A stretch of DNA of 63,906 bases from a virus (IMGVR_UViG_3300010371_000004:1-63906), one strand, 5' to 3'; counted from the first letter of the stretch, positions 1 through 9,968 are shown. Notes: a model not told the origin generated them from the letters alone. A program made the numbers and translations.

Positions 1-123
1 GAGATTCTATCGACACTGAGGATATTTTACGCGATGTTGTCTAAACGTAAAAAGAGCCGGACCTTTTGAGGGGTTCAGCTTCCGAGATCTCATGCAAGCT
101 CGCATCCGTCCACAGGCTGATGA
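1..123. repeat. Terminal direct repeat, identical to 63784-63906 (circular assembly overlap)
   Basis: Bases 1-123 (GAGATTCTATCG...CAGGCTGATGA) recur exactly at the window end; the terL start codon lies inside the repeat. Confidence 0.95.
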
Positions 124-197
124 GGGAATCTCTTAATGCGGCGAGCACTGACGGATGTTTTACTCCCGTCGCATCTAAGATCATTTTACCTAAGATT

Positions 198-273
198 TGG
201 CGAGCGTGACAGGACTTGAACCTGCGACCTTCTCCGTGACAGGGAGATAATCTAACCGCTGAAATACACGCCC
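198..273 (-). tRNA. tRNA-Asp (anticodon GTC)
   Basis: 76 nt cloverleaf: acceptor GGGCGTG/CACGCTC, anticodon arm TCTCC-CTGTCAC-GGAGA, T arm GCAGG-TTCAAGT-CCTGT, encoded CCA. Confidence 0.95.
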
Positions 274-445
274 GTCTGTTGAGGCTGTACCCGGATTTCT
301 CCGGGCCTTGACCCTTGGCCGCGCGATCTCTAATCTCTCCCCCGATTTACACGGGGTTCGCGGATCTCTTGCGCCTTTCGGCAAACTTGGGTGCAAAACC
401 TGGCGATAATATACTTGACTCAGAGAAACATGCTATAATAGATGC

Positions 446-1393
446 ATGAGCAGCGGAATCAAGTTCCCGAAAACACTTCTTGAAGCAGTCAGCATGTTCG
501 CTGACAAAGAAGTCGCTTGGCAGTTCGCCGTAAGCCTACGATGGCCGAACGGTGTGACCTGTCCGTTCTGCGGCGGCGTGGAGCATTCCTTCCTTTCGAC
601 TCGAAAGACTTGGCAGTGCAAGGCATGCAGCAAGCAGTTCAGCGTAAAGAAGGGCTCAATCTTCGAAGATTCTCCGCTCGGTTTCGACAAGTGGCTTACC
701 GCTATGTGGCTCATTGCCAACGCAAAGAACGGCATCAGTTCCTATGAACTACATCGCTCGCTTGGGATCACTCAGAAGAGCGCATGGTTCGTCCTTCACC
801 GGATTCGCCTTGCGATGCAGAACGGCACAATGGAGAAGTTGGTTGACGACGTAGAAGCAGACGAGACGGGTATCGGCGGTCTTTCGAAGAACATGCACAA
901 GCATGTTCGAGAGCGACGCGGCATCCGACAAGGCAACGCCAACAAAGCCATCGTTATGGGCATGTTGGAGCGCGGTGGAGAAATCCGAGCCGTCATCGTT
1001 CCGAGCGTGGATAAAACCAACCTTCAAGGTTTGGTGAAGACTCACGTCGCGAAGGGCTGTAACCTTTACACCGACGCTTGGAAAGGTTACAGCGGCCTTG
1101 ATGCGTGGTACGCCCATCGAATCGTTGACCATTCGATCACCTACGTTATCGACAACGTTCATACAAACGGTCTAGAGAACTTCTGGAGTCTGCTAAAGAG
1201 AACGATGCGCGGAACATACGTAAGCGTGGAACCGTTCCACCTATTCCGCTATCTTGACGAGTATTCATTCCGGTTTAACAATCGGAAGGAGAATGACGGA
1301 AGCCGATTTACAACCGTCGCTTCCCAAGCCGCTGGCAAGCGACTCACATACAAGGAGTTGATCGGCAAGGAGTCGGTTCCTGCCACGATCTAG
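446..1393 (+). CDS. IS1595-family (ISXO2-like) DDE transposase
   Basis: RWPNGVTCPFCG...WQCKAC zinc ribbon; VEADET, LYTD, VDH, HTNGLENFWSLLKR and YLDEYSFRFN motifs. Confidence 0.93.
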   Translation: MSSGIKFPKTLLEAVSMFADKEVAWQFAVSLRWPNGVTCPFCGGVEHSFLSTRKTWQCKACSKQFSVKKGSIFEDSPLGFDKWLTAMWLIANAKNGISSYELHRSLGITQKSAWFVLHRIRLAMQNGTMEKLVDDVEADETGIGGLSKNMHKHVRERRGIRQGNANKAIVMGMLERGGEIRAVIVPSVDKTNLQGLVKTHVAKGCNLYTDAWKGYSGLDAWYAHRIVDHSITYVIDNVHTNGLENFWSLLKRTMRGTYVSVEPFHLFRYLDEYSFRFNNRKENDGSRFTTVASQAAGKRLTYKELIGKESVPATI

Positions 1394-1413
1394 GCAGGAA
1401 CGAAGGAGAATAT

Positions 1414-1578
1414 ATGGCCCGGAAGAGAAAAGACAAGGACGAGGGAAGCGAAAAAAGTGAAGAGTTCAAGGCATTCGAGGACCTTGCAAAGAAGGTCCTC
1501 GGAGTGTCCAAGAGCGAGTTAGATAAACGGGAAGCAGTTAACCTGGTCGCCAGAACTCAGCGACGTAATAACGATTAG
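1414..1578 (+). CDS. Small IS1595-associated protein (54 aa; not in ORF track)
   Basis: AAGGAG RBS; MARKRKDKDEG...FKAFEDLAKKVLGVSKSELDKRE resembles the short ORFs that often follow IS1595 transposases. Confidence 0.65.
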   Translation: MARKRKDKDEGSEKSEEFKAFEDLAKKVLGVSKSELDKREAVNLVARTQRRNND

Positions 1579-1976
1579 GCTCTTCTCGTCCAAAGAATAA
1601 ACATGTCATCAATGTGGTAACCATTGATGGTATTCGAAGTGGCACGTATTCCCGCTCCGGACGCAATAGGCGTTCCTGCTGGAGGTTTTGGCGTGGAAAT
1701 TAGCATTTGGATCAATTGAATTTCGGTTGCATTCGGTGCCAGTGCTCGAATATCGTCTAGGTCCACTATAGACCCGGCCAAATGCGCATCAATGGCTCTG
1801 TATACGAACGTAGAGCCCTTTAGGGATACCTTTCGAATACCTAGCGTCAGCCTCCAGCGGTCATGTTCCCGCTCATATAGCCAGATGGCGCAATCTACCG
1901 GAAAGTCATTTTCGTCCAACTGCATCGCTAGGTGCCATCCGAAGTCGATGACCTCCGTGTTCAAATTCTTCACCAT
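1575..1976 (-). CDS. HEPN-associated partner protein (putative antitoxin)
   Basis: MVKNLN...LDENDFPVDCAIWLYEREHDRWRLTL; its start overlaps the HEPN stop (ATGGTGA). Confidence 0.6.
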   Translation of the reverse strand: MVKNLNTEVIDFGWHLAMQLDENDFPVDCAIWLYEREHDRWRLTLGIRKVSLKGSTFVYRAIDAHLAGSIVDLDDIRALAPNATEIQLIQMLISTPKPPAGTPIASGAGIRATSNTINGYHIDDMFILWTRRA

Positions 1977-2272
1977 TGAGTCACGACCCAGTGAAGAAAT
2001 GAGTCCACACCAAGACTCACTGCGGTAATCAATGCCGTAGCGTCTTGCTTGGAATTCTGCTTGTAACGTGTTAATTCTTTCCAATCTCGGATCGTGCTCC
2101 AATTCGCACGGAATGCTGGATTTCTTCGGCATTCAGCCTCATGGGCAGGCTTCAGTCCGGAAAGTTTCAGTAAATTCTCTAGGTCATGGCTATAGATATC
2201 GAATACAAAACTTTTATCTGGAAGGGCATGCCTCTGGAATTGTTTGCAAATAGCCGCCTTTAGCGAGCACTC
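1970..2272 (-). pseudogene. 5'-truncated HEPN-domain gene (not in ORF track)
   Basis: Open frame ECSLKAAICKQFQRHALPDKSFVFDIYSHDLENLLKLSGL...NWSTIRDWKELTRY...FLHWVVTQW*. It has no N-terminal start codon and an in-frame TGA four codons upstream. Confidence 0.72.
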
Positions 2273-2659
2273 GGGCCGTCTTCATTTTACCCCCTGGCCC
2301 CACTGGGGGTTGTGTTTCCTTGCGCATCCCTCCGCAATTTTCTTTGAACCCTCTTGTGGACTCAAACAGCATCAAAAACGGCCATTTAGACTCAAAACTA
2401 GGGTGTAAACTAAAACCCTCGCGCGCGCTCTCTGGGTATTTCCCTTTAGAGCTACTTGGCTCTACAAGTTTAGTCTTGTGGTTACGGTCCTGTAGAGCGC
2501 CAACTCCAACGTACATTTGCTTTCGCCGGAACCGCTGCGCGTAGGACAGGTCGCGCGGTTACTTTCCGATCGCCGCAAACAAAGTAGCCAGCCGCTAGGA
2601 CTGGCTTTGCAGTGTCAAGCACTGGGAGAGTTCAAGTCTACTCTTTTGGTTACGCCGGA

Positions 2660-2884
2660 TCACATGAACGGAGCCACGCCGTAACAACCGTGATAGCCGA
2701 TCCCGCAAAGATGACAGAAGACCCGATGGCAGCGAACGCAACTCCACGAGTAGTCAAGTTCTTCGAGGTCATCGCCGCAGTACGAACAAACCTCTGGATT
2801 TGGGAAACCCTCCGCATGAGTTACGGCCAATTCCTCACCCTGATAAGTGAATGTCATTCCTGGCTTAATATCCGTTGGATTCAT
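2660..2884 (-). CDS. Hypothetical Cys-rich protein
   Basis: CxxC clusters; coupled to the upstream gene. Confidence 0.6.
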   Translation of the reverse strand: MNPTDIKPGMTFTYQGEELAVTHAEGFPNPEVCSYCGDDLEELDYSWSCVRCHRVFCHLCGIGYHGCYGVAPFM

Positions 2885-3066
2885 CAGTTTTCCGTCCATT
2901 CTGAGTTCTGCGGTTGCTTCCTGAGAGAGTCAAGGAAGGCATGAAGTTCTCGATGTTCGGCAGGGGTAGCTGAGTAAGTTTCTGACACTCTCTTGGCACC
3001 AGAAGGATCTTTCACCTTTGGCCCTGAACCTGGTCTAGGTCCTCCGTGTGGTTTGTGCTTACTCAT
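2884..3066 (-). CDS. Small DNA-binding protein (GGxRxGSGPK plus ribbon-helix-like)
   Basis: HGGPRPGSGPK motif typical of small phage regulators; ATGA-coupled. Confidence 0.6.
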   Translation of the reverse strand: MSKHKPHGGPRPGSGPKVKDPSGAKRVSETYSATPAEHRELHAFLDSLRKQPQNSEWTEN

Positions 3067-3663
3067 ACTGGCGACACTTCGCCTTTTGGAAGGTTGATTT
3101 GAGTTGCGCCAGGATCTTCGACTTCGACCATCGCAGCAAGGCAGTAGTCAGCATGGGCACGGGAATCGCCCCATGCTTTGTATCGCTCGCGACCGTCAGG
3201 ACCGTAAACGATGTGGCAATGAAGATTCCCGTAAATGGGATGTGGCGAAAGTGTTTCGATGTAAATCGTCACGGCTTAACCGCCTCCTGATACTGCTCAA
3301 AGGTAATTTCCTTTGTTCGAAGTCGCAGGACCGCAGAGAAGTAGCGGATGCCCATTGCGTAGTTCTTGGTGATCGCGTCGGCAACGTCGTCAACAGCTAC
3401 GCGGATGCTCCTGTCGTAGTCAGGGCCACACTCGCAAAACTTGCGGTATGGCTCCAATGCCTCAATGGAAGCGAACGGGATCATATCGTGACCCCGTTCT
3501 TGGTGGAGGTAACGATTACTCGCTTTCTCCAAGAGCACCATTCCGCTCTACCGATCCAGCCATCGCCGGAATCGAACGTCTGCACTTTGCCAGTCTTCTT
3601 GGCAAGCGTCTTAGCTTCGGCATAACTCCCTGCCGAGAAGGTCGAGGTGGAAGAAGATTCCAT
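3063..3663 (-). other. Three coupled small hypothetical CDS (3481-3663, 3269-3484, 3063-3272)
   Basis: Overlapping stop/start codons; TATAAT 6 nt before the first ATG. Confidence 0.6.
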
Positions 3664-3680
3664 GTCTCGATTATACAATA

Positions 3681-4133
3681 CTATTCAAGCGAACCTAATA
3701 CTTTTATTCGCAAGTCGGATAAAAACTTGGTGAGTTGCTCAAATTCTTTCTCGGTAATCGAAAAGGTATGTGACTTTCTCTTTGCGCCGGAGGGATCTTT
3801 CACCTTGGGTCCAGATCCTGCGCGCGATCCACCGCGAGGTTTTGGCGAACCAAGTGGCGTGCGTCTTTTTTGCCTTGGGATACGCAAGCCCTCTGGTATC
3901 AGAACATCAGCTTTCCCGGCATTGCATTCGTGGCAGGATGTGATTAAATTATCTGACGCCGTAGTGCCTCCTGCGCTAAAAGGAACTACATGGTCAATGA
4001 CCAACTTAACCTCTGGTGGAACTCTGCCGCAGTATTGGCACGTGAATAAATCTCGCGTGAATAACTCAAACCTCATGCTTGGGGACAGTTTCCGAGAACG
4101 GCGAGCCTGTAAAGGTACACTTAGATCAGACAT
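3681..4133 (-). CDS. HNH endonuclease with a C-terminal DNA-binding tail
   Basis: RDLFTCQYCG...IDHVVPFSAGG...NLITSCHECNAGK. Confidence 0.88.
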   Translation of the reverse strand: MSDLSVPLQARRSRKLSPSMRFELFTRDLFTCQYCGRVPPEVKLVIDHVVPFSAGGTTASDNLITSCHECNAGKADVLIPEGLRIPRQKRRTPLGSPKPRGGSRAGSGPKVKDPSGAKRKSHTFSITEKEFEQLTKFLSDLRIKVLGSLE

Positions 4134-4267
4134 TTCGAACCTCCGAGTTCGTTATGGATAGGCTCGGAGTTCGCTCAAACGAACGTTCGGGCCGTCTTTA
4201 TTTTACCTCGTTAGACCTACTGTCATGAATTCTAATTATTTTCCATATAGGCCCAAACCTGGTAATT

Positions 4268-4645
4268 CTACTCCGCTTTCTCAGCCAGCTTTGCAGCTTT
4301 CACATCCGCTGCGATACGCTCCAGGACTGTAGTTAAGCCTGTCATGCACTGCTCATCTGTCCAGGTGGTGTCTTTGGTTTCGACTACCTGCGTTAATGGT
4401 CCATCGACTCTTGCCCAGGCTTCTTTGAGGTTCGCTGAGTTGCCTTCTTGGATAGATTTCTTGACGCCTTGAATGAGGATCTCGACCGTTGCGGGGTCAT
4501 TGAACTCCTGCTCCATTCGAGTCTGAAAGAGGGATTTCTTGGGCCTACCGTTGGGATTCCCAGACTGTCCAGGCATGAATCCCTTGCCGGTTATGCCGCC
4601 AAGCGTTGTTTCTTCGTTGTTACCAACGTGAATATCATCGCTCAT
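4268..4645 (-). CDS. Terminase small subunit-like protein (DUF5681-type)
   Basis: FMPGQSGNPNGRPK motif; upstream of terL on the same strand in the circular map. Confidence 0.7.
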   Translation of the reverse strand: MSDDIHVGNNEETTLGGITGKGFMPGQSGNPNGRPKKSLFQTRMEQEFNDPATVEILIQGVKKSIQEGNSANLKEAWARVDGPLTQVVETKDTTWTDEQCMTGLTTVLERIAADVKAAKLAEKAE

Positions 4646-4691
4646 AACTCTTCAATCCTACACCATGTCAAGATCTTGGCACCCATCTATT

Positions 4692-6582
4692 TTATCCTTC
4701 CGATTCAAAACACACGGCCATTTCCTGATAGGCCATGAAATCGAATCCAGCGGCATCGTCTTGAGCCCAGATTCGCTCCATAGATGACATAAACTCTTGA
4801 GGGTGCCAGATATACCAGGCAGCACGAAATGCCAGCCAAGCATTGTGAGTTTTTGCGAACGCTTCTTTTGGTTGCGATTTAAATGCTTTTCGACAATTGG
4901 CCTCGTTCTTATCCATCCTGTTTAGCCTTCCTCTGTACTTGGTTTGGGGGATGCTTCCCGTTCGACTACCCATTTCTGGCTTATCTGCTCAAGTTGCTTG
5001 TTTCTTTGGCCGGATCTGATTTGAGCCAACACAATCGGGACATTGACAGCTTCCATCCACGCTTTAGCATCCTCACCGGAGAGCGACGTTATTAGTCCGC
5101 TCTCATATTCAAGCGTCACCTTCGCAAGCTTGTATTCTTCTCTCATGTCTTCCTCAGGATGCAGCCAGTCTTGCTCAAAATCATTGTCTTGCCGCATAAA
5201 AGGCATGTTCCATGCGTCCAATTATCCCAAATCGGTTTCTCCACCACTTCCTTACTCTCTTGGTGTTCTGGGGTCACCGCAATTCACCTTTGTCGCCAAA
5301 CAAAACGATGCTCATATTGTGCTCGATGATCGCTTTCATTTCATCCGACGATTGGCCGCAGTCGTAACAGATCCGTTTGCCGCCAGGGCCGTAGGGCCTT
5401 GTTTCTGCGATCTTGCCGCACATTTGACAGCCGTCTTTGATCTCATCGGCGATAACCGTAACCTTGCACGATCCGACCTCAATTAGCCTACTCACCCTTC
5501 CCCCTTTACTATTTGGCCGTCGCGATCTTCAATCTTAATGCTTTTAAGCATCGAATGGGATTCGCCCACTTGGGATTCGATCATCGAAATATCCCACTGA
5601 ATTAATTCGTTCGAAATGGCGCAAAGAGCATCGTAGGGCACTTCACCTTTTTCTAGTTCGACTTCAAAAACTACGATGCAGGTCATTGGTCAGTACCTCC
5701 CGTGTGGATCGCATTAGCTTTTTCTCTGCGGCTTGCAGCTATGCCAAGACTGCAATTCAAGGCTCCGAATACCAGCGCGATCAACTGGAAAATCGTAAAT
5801 CCGAATGCTGCCGACGCTCTGCTTATGGCCGTGGTCGTTCCGAATATGGAATTACTTACCGCCATCGTTGCGGCGACGATCAGAACAATGAGCACGAAAA
5901 ACAGAAGACACGCGAGGTAGGCGAACGCGAAATAAAGCACGGCCCTGACTCCCAGGGATAGGTTTTCAATGCTCGATTGTGATTTGCTCATCCCTCTACC
6001 TCTTTAGAAGTGCCACCGTGCAATCTCAAAACGCCGTTCTCGATCATCTTGCCGATCCCTCGCAACAAGCATTCGCCGCACTCAAACCGTTCTGCCTCTG
6101 GCAACTCAAGGCTCTTGAAAGGATACGATGTGACGATCTTGCCGTCTTGCTTGGCATAGAATCCCCACTCTTCCGAATCGGGACGCGGCAAATCGCCCTC
6201 AGACGCCAAAGCATAGCCAAATTCGTACCCGTAGTAAAACTCTAGGGCGCTGGTGTCCAGATATGCGTAATCGCTCGAAACTCCTGTCTTCATTTTTGGT
6301 TCCTCTCACGCTCTATAAGGGAGCGGATGTTAAAATCCCTATCCATCGTTGCGGTGCTCAATGCGTCACGAACCTATACTCCTGATCGTACAGCAAAGGC
6401 AACATTTCCGCGTAAGCATTCTGAATGGCCGAATCTCCGTCAGCATGTCCGCGATCCCATGCAAGATCGAACAGATAATGGCTGGCTGGCCCTGTTTGCA
6501 CTCCGTAAACAGATTCGAGACGGGCCTTCGTTGCCCGCTGATCGTCACTCAAGCGCGAAAGGTAAATTGCTTGGTCGTTCAT
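4692..6582 (-). other. Operon of small hypothetical CDS (6358-6582, 5988-6293, 5683-5991 membrane, 5492-5686, 5274-5495, 4922-5221, 4692-4916)
   Basis: Co-directional ORFs, several coupled, with purine-rich RBS. Confidence 0.6.
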
Positions 6583-6734
6583 CGCTTCCGATCCTCTTCT
6601 ACCATCCGTCGAATGTAAGGACTCGCACCTTCTGGTTGGTTGTTGACGTGTGCCCATTGAGCCGCAGTCAGATGTACCGATCCGCGCTTGAGCTTCTTTT
6701 CATCGGCTAGTGCCGGTCTTCCCTTGCTTGCCAT
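6579..6734 (-). CDS. Ribbon-helix-helix (Arc-like) regulator
   Basis: MASKGRPALADEKKLKRGSVHLT...SPYIRRMVEEDR; first gene of a divergent module. Confidence 0.55.
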   Translation of the reverse strand: MASKGRPALADEKKLKRGSVHLTAAQWAHVNNQPEGASPYIRRMVEEDRKR

Positions 6735-6858
6735 ATCCATATTATGCACACTTTTCAGGATATTTAGCGATATTTTTCGTGGGCCAATAAAATGCTTGCA
6801 TTCCTGATATATGCGGTGTATCATATATCCAGCAAGCCCAAGAGGGCAAGGAAACGAA

Positions 6859-7035
6859 ATGGACAGATTCGACACACTCACCACCTACCAGCAAGAAGAT
6901 CGAGCACGACGATTCGAAGTCAAGACCATGCGAGGAACGCGGATGGGAGTTTATCGAACTCGGAAAGCAGCAGAAGCCAAGCAAACCAAGACGGTACACC
7001 AGACGTACATCGTTGAATTTTTGCAGTACGCCTAA
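6859..7035 (+). CDS. Hypothetical protein
   Basis: AAGGA RBS; divergent from the RHH gene. Confidence 0.55.
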   Translation: MDRFDTLTTYQQEDRARRFEVKTMRGTRMGVYRTRKAAEAKQTKTVHQTYIVEFLQYA

Positions 7036-7653
7036 CCACCATCCCCGACCAACCACAAGGACAAAACGACGGAATTATCCCCTTCGCAAACCATAAACGG
7101 TTTGCTGAACTAACGGTTCAGGGGTTCGTTCCACTCCCACAGTGAAACAGAATGAACTTAAACGAAAACGAAACTACTCTTGAGGCCGAACTTTCGGCTT
7201 CCGGCCCGCACCCGGCTTGTGCGGTTCTTTCTCAGGCACAGGAGCGGCAAGAGCCCGCTTTAGTGCCTGTTCTAGCGTCAGGGGATACAGAGTCAGGCGC
7301 GGTAGGCGCTCCGTGTATTCAGTGTCTTGATTCTGGTTCTTCATGTGAATTGCGCCTACGTGAATCTATTCATGGGCTTCGGGCGTGCTTGAAGGATCTG
7401 GAGTTTTTACTGGATTCTCTGGAACGGCATGGGCTTGAGCCGCTAAGCGCTTGGCCGTTTTCTGACGCCCTTTGAACTCAGCTAGTCCGGAGTCACCTGC
7501 CTTGAAGCGATCACCGAACTTTGCCGCGCCAGCGAGTACCGAGCTTCGAAAATGTGGGGCGCATCCTTTGCCGATATCTGCAAGCAAAACGCATCCGTCA
7601 CCGCTTGATTTAACACCACTCCCTCCGGTTAGAGGGGAAGGAAACTGAACGAA

Positions 7654-8070
7654 ATGGGAACTAATTACTACTTGAGACAGAACACTTGCCCGCATTGCGG
7701 ACGAGGTGACGAACAGATCCACATCGGTAAATCATCCGCTGGTTGGTGCTTCTCTTTGCAGGTCTTCGAGCCTTACGAAGATTGGACGCTTGACCGTTGG
7801 ATCGAGCGATTCAACGAACCAGGCGCGAAGATCTTTGACGAGTACGGCGACGAAACGCCCGTCGAAGACATGATCGAAAGAATAACCAAACGAGGTTCGG
7901 ATGATCGGTGCGATGATTGGTGGAGTGGTATCTATTCTAGCGCGGCTGACTTCTACGCCAAGAATCACGCGGAACCGGGACCGAACAACCTATACCGCCA
8001 TCAGATCGGGCCTTATTGCGTCGGCCATGGCGAAGGAACCTATGACTACATCCCAGGAGATTTTAGCTAA
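7654..8070 (+). CDS. Phage hypothetical protein (MGTNYY...HIGKSSAGWCF)
   Basis: Motif pattern common in phage proteins; GAAGGA RBS. Confidence 0.75.
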   Translation: MGTNYYLRQNTCPHCGRGDEQIHIGKSSAGWCFSLQVFEPYEDWTLDRWIERFNEPGAKIFDEYGDETPVEDMIERITKRGSDDRCDDWWSGIYSSAADFYAKNHAEPGPNNLYRHQIGPYCVGHGEGTYDYIPGDFS

Positions 8071-8261
8071 CATGCCTCCATTAACACCAGACTAGGCAAA
8101 GGATTTGATAATCAACGAACTGAGAGCCTGTATCGCCAAGGAGGATCAGAAATTACACTTGAGCGTAAGTCGGTTTTTGATGGCACCGAATACGTTAGCC
8201 TTCGGTCGCTCGTTCTCATAGCCCAACCAAGACCAACACGAGGAGAAGTCGTGGAACTGAA

Positions 8262-8707
8262 ATGAAACAATCCCTATTCAACCTAAGCATAACGTTTTGC
8301 GCCGTCTGTCTTGTTGTGATCGCCCTTTTTGCGATCTTCATTCCCAAGACAGCGCCAAAATGCCACGACTGGACAAAACTGCGCTCGATCCGAGAAGATG
8401 CAACCGGCCAACTGATCATCGACGCGCCTCTTATTGCATGTCCCTCAGATAATTGGGTCCACGGCAAAGAGGTTCCTGTTTCTAATCTGAGGCCGAAATG
8501 ATCCACGAAGCATTCATGCGCCAAGGAACCGCGCACATTATCGGAAATCGTCCCGGCGTTTCCTGGTGCGGACTTCAAAACCCACAGCCAGATAAGACGA
8601 TGGTCGTGTCAGATCCTGTGTTCTCAAACGTGCCCGACCCGCGATGCAAGCAATGCCTTGCGGCCATGAATTCCGCGAAAATCCAAAGGCTCGAGCCGGT
8701 CAAATAA
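8262..8707 (+). other. Two coupled hypothetical CDS (8262-8501 membrane-anchored, 8498-8707)
   Basis: ATGA overlap; hydrophobic N-terminus in the first. Confidence 0.55.
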
Positions 8708-8835
8708 GGACCGGCTTTCCTTTTGGCTGAAATTTGCCTCTACAGCGCGATTTAAGCCGTGCAGGTCTCGGAAGTCGTCCGAATGCGACAGAACGCCGCA
8801 AATCAAGAATTTGATGGCAAGAATCATCAAAAGAG

Positions 8836-9207
8836 CTAGACATCCTGCGCCGTCAAAAGTAATTGGCCTTTGGGATTGGCTTTTATAAGCGTGTAGGATC
8901 GTCGAAACTCTGCCACCGAATGCCGGTAAATCTGTGTCGGTCCGCCATATCCCCGAAGTTCGAGGATTCCTTTCGAGAGGTCCCAAGCAAATGGACCCGC
9001 GTCTAATCCTCTGCGGCTGAATGTGTCGCCCGCTCGAACGATTCCCGCATGGAGAACTGGACTATTACCAGCATTCTCTTTTAGTTTTTCCTCACTAATC
9101 CAGCGAGCGATTGTAGGTTCAGGAATGCCGTGCTTTTCGGAAATCTCTCTGGCCGACATTCTAGATCGGTCTAGCATTGCCGCTTTTCGATCCTCAGGGC
9201 TGTGCAT
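8836..9207 (-). CDS. HTH-domain protein
   Basis: MSAREISEKHGIPEPTIARWI helix-turn-helix. Confidence 0.6.
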   Translation of the reverse strand: MHSPEDRKAAMLDRSRMSAREISEKHGIPEPTIARWISEEKLKENAGNSPVLHAGIVRAGDTFSRRGLDAGPFAWDLSKGILELRGYGGPTQIYRHSVAEFRRSYTLIKANPKGQLLLTAQDV

Positions 9208-9968
9208 TCTCAACCTCCGACACGCTGAACCCGTTCGCAACAAATAGCGCCTTTAATTTTTCCGCTGGTTTTTGGTTTGAATTGGTGACCGATATTTCAA
9301 CCGTTGCCCCGTCGATCTGAAATGGGCTCTTGACGTGCCATGTCGTTTTTCCTGCGCGGATCTCTAACCCGTTGGGAAAGTCGATTCTGTGGTCAAAACC
9401 GAACGTCCATCCGCTTGGCACAATTACGTCTTGGCCTACGTGGACGATAACGCCTCCGCTGCACTGGATTCTGCCTGAGAGGGTTATTGTCATGGGGTCA
9501 CCGGCTCTTTTGCAGCGTGGATATAGTCTAGAGTTTCATCCCACATTAGATCGCCGTCGAGAAAGTCTATAGCCTCATCTAGCGACAGGAACAGCCGCTC
9601 CGTAGGCAGCAGCGAACCGACGCCATCGACATTCGCGCCACTGTCTGAATAGTTGAACGCGGTTATCTTCCCGACCTGGATCTGCCATTCCTGGATTCCT
9701 TTTGGCGCATACCAAACGGTGTCACCTACTCGTAAATCGGTCACTTGCTCACCATCTCCTCTACCTGTTCCCGTGTCTCAAAAAGCCAGGGGATAGGTAC
9801 CGTTTCTTCACCTGGATTTGGCCCAATATCTCGGGTCATTACCGCGTGTGTTTTGTCAGTGTTCAATTCCTTGAACGTTCCGCTACGGATCTCGGGGTTG
9901 CTCCGAGTCCGAAAGAAATAAGAAATACCTTCCTGTAAATCCAGTTTTGTCATGTCGCCTATCTCCAA
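9194..9968 (-). other. Three coupled hypothetical CDS (9741-9968, 9490-9744, 9194-9493)
   Basis: 4-nt stop/start overlaps. Confidence 0.55.

Larger units (their letters stand above)
404..2272 (+). mobile_element. IS1595-family element with passenger genes; right end uncertain
   Basis: Left end CGATAATATACTTGACTC (404-421) resembles IS1595 termini. Only a degenerate inverted match exists, at 2628-2646, and no target duplication is seen. Confidence 0.5.

Noticed and set aside
117-140. CTGATGAG as a hammerhead ribozyme core
   Set aside because: Stem II is followed by TCTTAA rather than the required GAAA, and stems I and III do not fit
280-390. c-di-GMP-I riboswitch
   Set aside because: A GNRA loop and receptor-like part are present, but the GGCAAA/GACGCAAAG core and spacing do not match, and it precedes a tRNA
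190-396. 68-aa ORF over the tRNA, and many antisense or alternative-frame ORFs (for example 10086-10802, 3448-4161, 57443-57949)
   Set aside because: Shadow frames of better-supported genes or RNAs, with no motifs of their own
2628-2646. Right inverted repeat of IS1595
   Set aside because: Only a gapped, partial match to the left end, no target duplication, and the HEPN truncation suggests the true end was lost; not used as the boundary
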